Assembly (NCBI GenBank): GCA_002478275.1
Contig: DLMY01000053.1
Location: 26,347-90,346, forward strand
From: Actinobacteria bacterium UBA7524
Lineage (GTDB): Bacteria; Actinomycetota; Coriobacteriia; Anaerosomatales; UBA912
Direction: 5' to 3'
DNA: 64,000 nucleotides
A program made the position numbers and the translations under genes. The notes beneath the pieces were generated by a model that worked only from the letters and a program-made list of their open reading frames with translations, had not been told where the DNA came from and ran no database searches. Shown here piece by piece: positions 26,913 to 34,689 of this stretch (its first letter is position 1; the number at the start of each line of letters is the position of its first letter).

Positions 26913-27149
26913 ATGCCGGAATGTGAATGCCTGCCCACATGCCCGTTCTTTGGCGATCGCATGGAGAACATGCCCGCCATGTCGAGGATCTTGAAGTTGC
27001 GTTACTGTCAGGGCGACAGCAGCGACTGCGCTCGACACATCGTCTATCTGGCCAAGGGCCGTGATTCTCGAGCGGTGCCGTCGGACCTGTATCCGAATCA
27101 ACTGGACGTCGCGCTGGCTCTGGCCGATCGCTGCAAGGCTATAGCGTAG
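26913..27149 (+). CDS. small Cys-rich protein (CxC..CPFF...YCxGD..DCARH), function unknown
   Basis: ATG at 26913 preceded by GGAGGTG. 78 aa. The pattern resembles a conserved small hypothetical family recalled from anaerobes. The longer 26751 ORF N-terminus looks non-coding. Confidence 0.5.
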   Translation: MPECECLPTCPFFGDRMENMPAMSRILKLRYCQGDSSDCARHIVYLAKGRDSRAVPSDLYPNQLDVALALADRCKAIA

Positions 27150-27245
27150 ACACGCTCCCGTTGTACCCGGGCGTTGCTGCTGCACGGCGGTGGAGGTATC
27201 CTTCATAATCCGTACCTGGGGACGGAAGTGAAGGAGACACTCCAC

Positions 27246-28955
27246 GTGATCGAGACCCTCAGTGCACTTGTCGTCGATGCCCTGCGGGCAGCGCGTGACT
27301 CCGAGGCGCTGGACCTGACGGAACTTCCACATCCGGACTTCGAGCGACCGCGTGATCCCTCCCATGGCGACTGGTCCACGAACGTGGCCATGCGTACGGC
27401 TAAGGCCGCCGGCATGCCGCCGCGCCAGCTGGCGGAGATAGTGGCGTCACGAATGGCCGGTCATCCGGACATCGAGGCGATCGAGGTCGCCGGCCCCGGC
27501 TTCCTGAACATCCGGCTCTCAGCCGCCGCTCTGCAGAGAGTGTTGCGTGAGGCGCGCGAGCAAGGTCCCCGTTTCGGCTCGAACGATGAGGGAAGCGGCC
27601 GCCGTGTTCAGGTGGAGTTCGTGTCAGCGAACCCCGTTGGCCCTATGCACGTGGGACATGGTCGATGGGCGGCTCTGGGTGACAGTATGGCCAGGGTGCT
27701 CGAACACGCTGGCTGGGTTGTACAGCGGGAGTTCTATGTCAACGACGCCGGGGTGCAGATGGACACGTTCGCCAAGTCCGTCGCTGCAAGGTACCTCGAG
27801 CTATGCGGACATGAAGTCGAGTTCGGAGAGGACTGGTATCAGGGCGCCTACATCACGGAGATCGCGCGGGAGATACTCGCATCCGAGGGCGAGTCCTGGG
27901 CCAACGCCGATCCGGCGAGCCGGGAGGCGCATTTCAGAGAGACCGCGTATCGCCAGGTACTCGATCACCTGAGCAGAGTCCTGCATGGGATGGGCGTCGA
28001 CTTCGACGTCTGGTTCTCGGAGCGCACGTTGCACCAGCGTGGTGGTGACGGGACGACCGCCGTCGAGAGGGCGATCCAGAGGTTGGACGAGGCCGGGCAC
28101 ATCTACGAGCTTGATGGCGCAGTGTGGTTCCGCTCCACCGAGTTCGGTGACGACAAGGACAGGGTCCTGAAGAAGGCCGACGGGGACTACACGTACTTCG
28201 CGGCGGACATCGCATATCACGCGGACAAGTTCGACAGGGGCTTCGATCGAGTCATAGACATCTGGGGAGCCGACCATCACGGTTATGTGAAACGAATGGA
28301 GGCCGCGGTCGCCGCCCTGGGCCATCCGGGCAAGCTGGACCTGGTGATCGGCCAGCTCGTGAACCTTTTTCGTGGCGGGGAAGTCGTACGCATGTCTAAG
28401 CGTACGGGAGAGATGGTCACGTTCGAAGACCTCCTGGAGGAAGTCGGGGTCGACGCCGCACGCTACTTCTTCCTGCGCCGGTCGACCGATCAGCCACTCG
28501 ACTTCGACATCGAGTTGGCGAAAGAGCAGAGCAGCGACAACCCTGTCTACTACGTGCAGTACGCCCACGCCCGTATATGCGCGGTACTGCGCAAGGGAGC
28601 AGGGGCGGAGACGGACGATACCGGGATCGACATCGAGGCGACCGCAGCCAGGATCGTTGACCCGGAAGCCCCCTTGCAGCTGTTGGTGGCACCGGCGGAA
28701 CTCGCACTCATGCGTAAACTCGCTGAGTTCGAAGAGGTTATCGAGATCGCCGCACGCCAGCTTGCACCATTCAAGTTGACGCGTTACGCAGAGGACCTGG
28801 CTGCGGCATTCCACCAGTTCTACACGGTCTGTCGAGTTGTCGATCCCGAGGAGCCCGAGCTTACCGCCGCACGGCTGTATGCGGTGGACGCGGCAAGGAT
28901 AGCGCTTGCCAACGTGCTCGGACTCATCGGGGTGAGCGCACCGGAACGCATGTGA
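27246..28955 (+). CDS. argS: arginine--tRNA ligase
   Basis: SANPVGPMHVGH (HIGH-type), the MSKRTG (KMSKS-type) motif, and the anticodon-binding DALR C-terminus. GTG at 27246 after AAGGAGA. Confidence 0.92.
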   Translation: MIETLSALVVDALRAARDSEALDLTELPHPDFERPRDPSHGDWSTNVAMRTAKAAGMPPRQLAEIVASRMAGHPDIEAIEVAGPGFLNIRLSAAALQRVLREAREQGPRFGSNDEGSGRRVQVEFVSANPVGPMHVGHGRWAALGDSMARVLEHAGWVVQREFYVNDAGVQMDTFAKSVAARYLELCGHEVEFGEDWYQGAYITEIAREILASEGESWANADPASREAHFRETAYRQVLDHLSRVLHGMGVDFDVWFSERTLHQRGGDGTTAVERAIQRLDEAGHIYELDGAVWFRSTEFGDDKDRVLKKADGDYTYFAADIAYHADKFDRGFDRVIDIWGADHHGYVKRMEAAVAALGHPGKLDLVIGQLVNLFRGGEVVRMSKRTGEMVTFEDLLEEVGVDAARYFFLRRSTDQPLDFDIELAKEQSSDNPVYYVQYAHARICAVLRKGAGAETDDTGIDIEATAARIVDPEAPLQLLVAPAELALMRKLAEFEEVIEIAARQLAPFKLTRYAEDLAAAFHQFYTVCRVVDPEEPELTAARLYAVDAARIALANVLGLIGVSAPERM

Positions 28956-28965
28956 CGAACTTGCC

Positions 28966-28992
28966 TGTGGACAATGTGGATACTGTGGAAAA
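28966..28992. repeat. three abutting 9-bp direct repeats TGTGGAcaa / TGTGGAtac / TGTGGAaaa (reverse complements of DnaA-box-like 9-mers)
   Basis: Read directly. TGTGGACAA is the reverse complement of TTGTCCACA (high-GC actinobacterial DnaA-box consensus). The other two each differ by 1 nt from TTATCCACA. Confidence 0.5.
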
Positions 28993-29054
28993 GCCCTGCT
29001 CAGATACCGTTTATCGCGCCAAATGCCCGTTCGACAAGTAGTGCGAAGAATCGC

Positions 29055-29082
29055 TTGCATTGTGCTCGCGATAGCCTAGTAT
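29055..29082 (+). promoter_or_regulatory. candidate sigma-70-type promoter (TTGCAT-16 nt-TAGTAT)
   Basis: The hexamers and their spacing were read directly. It lies in the AT-richer island upstream of the thioredoxin-like gene. Confidence 0.4.
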
Positions 29083-29273
29083 GTGGTGTGCGAGGTCGTT
29101 GGAGAATCCGGATGGGCCGCAGCCGCAAGGTGAAGGTTCGCTCGGAGGGCACAGCGGCCTCGCACCTTTGTGTCATCGTCGGATCGGCATCGTTCGCCGC
29201 AGATGACGGCGATTCAGGACTCACCCGGGTATCATCACGATAGGCCGCCGCGTCGTCCGTCGCAGGAGATGAC

Positions 29274-29717
29274 ATGAATGTTCGAGGCCTCAGAACCCGG
29301 GTGAGACGAGAGTCCTTGTTCGTGGCCCTCGTCATTCTGACGACAGCCTTGCTCGTCGGCTGCGCTCCATCGGGGTCAGGGTCCCGTGGGTCATCAGGCG
29401 CCGAACCAGGCGTCGCATGGCAGCCGCGGGAATCCGGCTTGCCGGCGTTCTACTACTTCGGTGATCCCGGTTGACCCGCGTGCGTCACGATGAAGCCTGT
29501 GGTCGACAGGCTGCGAGGCGAGTACGCGGGCACGGTCGAGTTCGTGGTCTTCGCCGAGCTGAGCAGCAGGCCGGACGCCAGCGATTTCGCGGTCAAGCAG
29601 CGAGTCTCGGTCATACCGACGATGGTCCTGGTTTCCGAGGACGGCACGGAACTCCAAAGGGTCATCGGCTCCTTGCCCGAGGCTGACTTGCGAGAACTGC
29701 TCGACGCCGTGCGATAG
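29274..29717 (+). CDS. thioredoxin-fold lipoprotein; candidate selenoprotein with in-frame TGA (29472-29474) giving a U-P-A-C redox motif
   Basis: ORFs 29274-29474 and 29490-29717 are in the same frame, separated only by a TGA. Lipobox LLVGC. Read-through gives FYYFGDPG-U-PACVTMKPVVDRL...VSVIPTMVL (thioredoxin CxxC position and cis-Pro). Confidence 0.6.
29475..29530 (+). promoter_or_regulatory. SECIS-like stem-loop immediately 3' of the in-frame TGA
   Basis: Outer helix CCCGCGT (29475-81) / ACGCGGG (29524-30). Apical helix AGCCTGT (29494-500) / ACAGGCT (29506-12) with loop GGTCG. Confidence 0.45.
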
Positions 29718-29871
29718 TCGCCGACGTCGCCCGGCGGCCACCGCTCCACACCTCCTGACCCGACGGGCCGTAGTCACGCCCGGGCGAGCGGATGGCATGT
29801 CGCGCTCGGGTACAATACGGTGATCGAGTGGGTCCCGGATGTGGACTCGAAGCCTTTCGGAGGGACGTAGG

Positions 29872-31158
29872 ATGCGCACGGTGAGAGTCGGTCTGATCGG
29901 TCTGGGAACCGTAGGTTCTGGCGTCGTGGATATCCTCGACAGGCACCGGGAGGATTTCGCACGGCGAGCAGGAGTGGACGTCGAGTTGGTCAGGTGCGCC
30001 GACCGCGATCCCGCGCGCGCCGAAGCACTCGGGCTGCCCGCCTCCGCATTCACCACTGACGCCACCGAGGTGATCGCAGACCCTGAGATCGATGTCGTCA
30101 TCGAACTCATCGGGGGTACCGGTGTCGCGCGCGAATTCGTCCTTGCGGCACTCGCAGCCGGGAAATCCGTGGTCACAGCGAACAAGGCGCTCATGGCCGC
30201 CCATGGCGAGGAGGTCATGGACGCTGCTGCCGCAAGCGGGGTGGATATCCTGTTCGAGGCCGCGGTCGGTGGGGGCATCCCCATCATCGGTCCGATGAAG
30301 CATTGCCTGGTCTCCAACGAGGTCGAGAGCGTCATGGGCATCGTCAACGGGACGACCAACTACATGCTCACCCGCATGGCCGAAGACGGCCTCGACTACG
30401 CTGACGCGCTGGCCGAGGCGCAGGCCAAAGGGTTCGCGGAGGCCGACCCCACCGCAGACGTCGACGGACTGGACGCCGCGGCGAAGATCGCGATCCTGGC
30501 CAGCATCGCTTTCAACTCCCGCGTGACGCTCGAGCAGGTGCCGGCGGAAGGCATCCGGTCTCTGAGTCCGGCCGACATCGAGTACGCGCGCGAAATGGGC
30601 TACGTCATCAAACTCCTTGCGATCGCCCGTCGTATCGACGGGGCGGTCGATATCCGCGTTCACCCGACCATGCTGCGTGCCTCTCACCCTCTCGCTGCGG
30701 TCAACGGCGTCTACAACGCGATCTACGTGGTGGGCGACTCGGTCGGGGAGACGATGTTCTTCGGTGAAGGGGCCGGCTCGCTGCCGGCGGCCAGTGCGGT
30801 CGTCGGCGACCTCATCGAGGTGGCGCGCCACATCGAACAGGGATGCCTGAACTTCGTCGGTTGCACGTGCACCGAGCATCTCGAGGTGCGCGACATCGCC
30901 GATCTCACCACGAGCTACTACGTGCGCATGCACGTCGCCGATGAACCCGGCGTTCTGGCCGCCGTCGCCGGCGTGTTCGGCTCTCATGGCGTTTCGATCG
31001 GCTCGGTCATCCAGAAGTCCGCCGACGAGACAGGCGCGGAGATCGTCTACGTCACCCATGAGGCATCCGAGCGGGCGGTGCGTGCGGCACTCGCCGAGGT
31101 CGAGCGACTCGCGGTCACGCGGGCGATGGGCACCGTCATCCGGGTCGAGGACCTGTAG
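29872..31158 (+). CDS. hom: homoserine dehydrogenase (with C-terminal ACT domain)
   Basis: VGLIGLGTVGSG Rossmann motif, the ANKAL and GGGIPII motifs, and a C-terminal ACT-like segment. Confidence 0.9.
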   Translation: MRTVRVGLIGLGTVGSGVVDILDRHREDFARRAGVDVELVRCADRDPARAEALGLPASAFTTDATEVIADPEIDVVIELIGGTGVAREFVLAALAAGKSVVTANKALMAAHGEEVMDAAAASGVDILFEAAVGGGIPIIGPMKHCLVSNEVESVMGIVNGTTNYMLTRMAEDGLDYADALAEAQAKGFAEADPTADVDGLDAAAKIAILASIAFNSRVTLEQVPAEGIRSLSPADIEYAREMGYVIKLLAIARRIDGAVDIRVHPTMLRASHPLAAVNGVYNAIYVVGDSVGETMFFGEGAGSLPAASAVVGDLIEVARHIEQGCLNFVGCTCTEHLEVRDIADLTTSYYVRMHVADEPGVLAAVAGVFGSHGVSIGSVIQKSADETGAEIVYVTHEASERAVRAALAEVERLAVTRAMGTVIRVEDL

Positions 31159-31162
31159 CATC

Positions 31163-32092
31163 ATGACGACGGTCGCCGTCCGGGTTCCGGCGAGCGCGGC
31201 CAATGTCGGGCCGGGCTACGACGCTTTCGGGCTCGCCCTCGGCATTCACAACAGGTTCCGGGCTTGTCCTGCCGAGGAGTGGCTTGTCGATGTCGCCGGC
31301 GAAGGGGAAGGCGACCTGGACACAGGCGCCGCCAATCAGGTCGCTTCTGCGATGGCGCAGGTGTTCGCGAGGATTCCGGGGGCTCCCCGTGCAGCGCACA
31401 TCGAGTGCGACAACAGGATCCCGCAGGGCAAGGGGCTCGGGTCGTCGGCCGCAGCGATCGTCGGCGGGCTTGTGTTGGGCGATGCGCTCTGTGGCGCAGG
31501 TCTCGACCGGCAGACCTTGTTCGAGATGGCAGTCGACATCGAAGGCCACCCCGACAACGTCGCCGCCGCACTGTTCGGCGGCTTCACGATCGGCTGGAGG
31601 CGTAGCGGCCGTGCCCGGGCCACATCACTGCCGATCGCCGGTGGGCTGGCGGCAGTGGTGGCGCTCACGCACGAACCGCTCTCCACGAGCCGTTCCCGTG
31701 ACCTGCTTCCGGAGTCGGTGCCGCATGCAGACGCAGCGTTCAACTCGGCCCGCGCAGGACTCCTCACATCGGGGCTCACTCTGGGCAGATCCGATCTGCT
31801 CGCCGAAGGACTGGCTGATTGCCTGCATGAGCGGTATCGTGCAAGCGCTATACCTGATATCGAAGAAGTGGTAGCGGTCCTCACAGATGCCGGTGCGATA
31901 GGGGCGGTCTTGTCAGGAGCCGGTCCCGCCGTGATCGGTCTGGTCGGCGGGGAAACCGATGACGAGGCGTATCGGAGGGCACAGGAGATCGCTCTGCGTG
32001 CCACCGGGCGCATCGCGGGCATGCCCGGTCGCCTGGGGCCGCTGGCGCTGAGGATCGATCAGGAGGGAACAGTCCTGGAAGGGGAGAGATGA
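31163..32092 (+). CDS. thrB: homoserine kinase
   Basis: VPASAANVGPGYDAFGLAL and the GHMP motif PQGKGLGSSAAA. Confidence 0.9.
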   Translation: MTTVAVRVPASAANVGPGYDAFGLALGIHNRFRACPAEEWLVDVAGEGEGDLDTGAANQVASAMAQVFARIPGAPRAAHIECDNRIPQGKGLGSSAAAIVGGLVLGDALCGAGLDRQTLFEMAVDIEGHPDNVAAALFGGFTIGWRRSGRARATSLPIAGGLAAVVALTHEPLSTSRSRDLLPESVPHADAAFNSARAGLLTSGLTLGRSDLLAEGLADCLHERYRASAIPDIEEVVAVLTDAGAIGAVLSGAGPAVIGLVGGETDDEAYRRAQEIALRATGRIAGMPGRLGPLALRIDQEGTVLEGER

Positions 32093-32697
32093 GCGAGCTT
32101 TCGAAGACCAAGCCTGTCTGGTACGTCGCAGCCGCTGCCGTGGTGTTGACGGCCGCGGTGTTGATATGGATGTTCGCCGGTGGCGGAGTCGACGTGCTGA
32201 AGGATGCCACTGGTACACAGACCTCCGCCGAGGAGACCGCAACGATCAGGCCTCCTGGTTCTCGTGGTCCCGTTGCGAGCCGCCCGCCGGGCTCGCCGGG
32301 GTCTGCTCCTGAAGAGAACATCGCGCCGCCAGAAGCCTCCAACAGCCCGGCGGCCACCGGCGAGAAGCTCATGATGCTCTCCAAGGCGCCCGAGCGGTCG
32401 TTGTGGACGCTCTCTGCTGACTCCTACGACGCAGGTGCCACGGCTTCGATCGGGTTCATGCCCTATGGCTTCGGACCGGGCGACTACGGCAAGAGCATCT
32501 CGGTCAAGATCACTTCTTCGACACCGGACCTGAGCGCGGGTGCACGCTTCCCGGACCTGCTCGGACGCAGCGTCGTCCTGATCCTGGATGACAACGACAT
32601 CGATACCGGCGGGGCCTATTCCGGCACTGTGGTCACACGAGCAGAGGGCGACAGACTCGTCCTGGTGCTCCAGAGCGTCGAGCCGCTCAGCGACTGA
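32089..32697 (+). CDS. hypothetical membrane-anchored exported protein
   Basis: ATGA overlap with thrB. N-terminal TM helix, a Pro/Ser-rich linker, and a beta-rich C-terminal domain. Confidence 0.45.
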   Translation: MSELSKTKPVWYVAAAAVVLTAAVLIWMFAGGGVDVLKDATGTQTSAEETATIRPPGSRGPVASRPPGSPGSAPEENIAPPEASNSPAATGEKLMMLSKAPERSLWTLSADSYDAGATASIGFMPYGFGPGDYGKSISVKITSSTPDLSAGARFPDLLGRSVVLILDDNDIDTGGAYSGTVVTRAEGDRLVLVLQSVEPLSD

Positions 32698-32800
32698 GTG
32701 CGGCCCTGACCCGCGGTTGACCTCAATACCCCAGGTCGGGGATGATACTGCTACCGCACCCGCCCGTCGTGTCGCGACGGCCTATCCGCGGAGGAACCCA

Positions 32801-33823
32801 GTGGACTATCAGGACCCAAGCAGCGGTCTCGGCACGACCCCGACCGGTGCACCCGCGATCGATCACCCCGTGACCGTTCCGCCGGCACCGCCCGCGCGTT
32901 CGAGCAGCGCCTGGAAGTGGTTCTGGGGTGTCATGGCTGTGTTGTTCCTTGCGATCATGGCGTGTTGCGGTCTCATGACAGTCGCTGCGATACCATCGCT
33001 GGACACGCCTTCGTTCGTCACCAGCGACAGCATCGCGCTCATCCATGTCGACGGCGTCATCGCGGGCACTGGCAGCGATTTCGACGGCGTCATCACCCCT
33101 GAAGCGATGCTGGACAAGCTCGACCGCGCGTTGAGCGACCCGGGTGTCAAGGCCATCCTGCTTCGGATCGATTCACCCGGCGGGACTGTCGCCGCGTCAC
33201 AGGAGATCGCGATCGAGGTCGCCAGGGCTGCCGAACGGAAGCCTGTCGTGGCCAGCATCGGCGACGTCGGCGCGAGCGGTGCGTACATGATCGCCTCGCA
33301 GTGTGACGAGATCGTGGCCGCGCCGACCTCGGCGGTCGGCAGCATCGGGGTGATCACCCAGATCCCCAACGTCGCGGGTCTTCTCGACAAGCTGGGTATC
33401 GAGTTCACAGTACTCACGGCCGGAGAGTACAAGGACGCAGGCAGCCCGTTCCGTTCGATGACTTCCACCGAGACGGCCATGATCCAGACCGAGGTGGATA
33501 TCGCCTACGACGAGTTCATCCGCATCGTCGCAGAAGGCAGGGAGCTGCCCGAAGCGGAGGTGCGTGAGATGGCAACCGGGTTCGCATGGTCAGCGCTCGT
33601 CGCCAAGGACATGGGCCTCGTCGACACGCTCGGCACGTTCAACGATGCGATCGATCGGGCGGCCGAACTCGGGGGAATCGACGGCGAACCGGGTATCGTC
33701 ACCTATGAGGACGACAGTTACGGTATGCTGCTGCGCTTCCTGCTGGGTGCGACCTCCCGCCTTGACCGGCTTGAAGCGATCACGAACGCGCTTATCGGAC
33801 CCGCACCCGCCGTTCCCAGGTAG
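32801..33823 (+). CDS. sppA: signal peptide peptidase SppA (S49 family, 36K type)
   Basis: ILLRIDSPGGTVAASQEI, GDVGASGAYMIA and SIGV motifs. GTG at 32801 after GGAGGAA. Confidence 0.85.
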   Translation: MDYQDPSSGLGTTPTGAPAIDHPVTVPPAPPARSSSAWKWFWGVMAVLFLAIMACCGLMTVAAIPSLDTPSFVTSDSIALIHVDGVIAGTGSDFDGVITPEAMLDKLDRALSDPGVKAILLRIDSPGGTVAASQEIAIEVARAAERKPVVASIGDVGASGAYMIASQCDEIVAAPTSAVGSIGVITQIPNVAGLLDKLGIEFTVLTAGEYKDAGSPFRSMTSTETAMIQTEVDIAYDEFIRIVAEGRELPEAEVREMATGFAWSALVAKDMGLVDTLGTFNDAIDRAAELGGIDGEPGIVTYEDDSYGMLLRFLLGATSRLDRLEAITNALIGPAPAVPR

Positions 33824-33843
33824 TCTGGATCTCCGGAGGACCG

Positions 33844-34689
33844 ATGCCCTCGCAAGACGTGATCCGCATCGCGCACATCTCCGACCTGCACTGCGGGTCG
33901 CGTTACCACATCCCTTCGCTGGCGACGCGCGTCATCGACGAGCTCAACGAGCTCGGACCCGAGATCGTGGTCGTGACAGGTGACCTGACCGACATGGGCT
34001 TCCGTCAGGAGTTCAAGCAGGCGCACAGGCTCCTGGAGCGCCTGGAGTGTCAGGAGCGGATGGTTCTCCTCGGCAATCATGATGCGCGTAACGTGGGGGA
34101 CGAGCATTTCGCGGAGTATTTCGGGGCTCGCAGCAAAGAGCTTCTCCACGGGTGCGTGCGTCTGGTCGGGATCGACTCGAGCGAGCCGGACCTCGACTCG
34201 GGCCGTGTGGGCCGGAACCGTTACCGCTGGATCGAGGAGCGCTTCAGCGAGCCCGACGAGTTCAAGGTCCTGGCGATGCATCACCACCTCGTGCCGGTGC
34301 CCGGAACCGGGCGCGAGCGCAACATCGTCTTCGACGCGGGCGACATGCTGCGCGTGCTCGCAGGTTGCGGGACCGATGTCGTGCTGTGCGGCCACAAGCA
34401 CGTTCCCAACGTCTGGCGTCTTGAAGACATGCTGATCGTGAACGCGGGCACCGCGTGTTCGCATCGCCTCCGTGGCCGCGTGCGGCCCTGCTACAACATC
34501 ATCGAGGTGATCGGCGGTTCGCGCGTACGCGTCCTGCTCAAGGAACCCTACGTCGATCCCGAGGTGGTGGCGGACTTCCACGAGGTTCATCGCCGCTACT
34601 GCAAGTGGCGTCCCGACAGCGAGCCGGACACGATGGAAGAGACCGGTTACGAGCCCGCACGATCTTCCGCCAAGGAGACCGCATCATGA
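33844..34689 (+). CDS. calcineurin-like metallophosphoesterase
   Basis: ISDLHCG, VTGDLTD, GNHD, HHHL and CGHKH motifs. Confidence 0.85.
   Translation: MPSQDVIRIAHISDLHCGSRYHIPSLATRVIDELNELGPEIVVVTGDLTDMGFRQEFKQAHRLLERLECQERMVLLGNHDARNVGDEHFAEYFGARSKELLHGCVRLVGIDSSEPDLDSGRVGRNRYRWIEERFSEPDEFKVLAMHHHLVPVPGTGRERNIVFDAGDMLRVLAGCGTDVVLCGHKHVPNVWRLEDMLIVNAGTACSHRLRGRVRPCYNIIEVIGGSRVRVLLKEPYVDPEVVADFHEVHRRYCKWRPDSEPDTMEETGYEPARSSAKETAS

Noticed and set aside
28966-28992. The TGTGGA repeats as a CRISPR array or as oriC
   Set aside because: There are only three 9-bp units with no spacers, so it is not a CRISPR array. There is no dnaA/dnaN/rpmH neighbourhood and no AT-rich unwinding element, so it is not oriC. 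The site is kept only as a possible DnaA-box cluster.
28974-29243. 89-aa ORF in the argS-downstream intergenic island
   Set aside because: It has no SD, atypical composition and spans the predicted promoter and leader. It is more likely non-coding.
29472-29474. The TGA as an ordinary stop separating two real genes
   Set aside because: This is considered less likely. The first product would be a 66-aa lipoprotein ending one residue before the redox motif, and the second would start inside a thioredoxin fold with no SD. A nonsense-mutation pseudogene cannot be excluded without knowing whether the Sec machinery is present.
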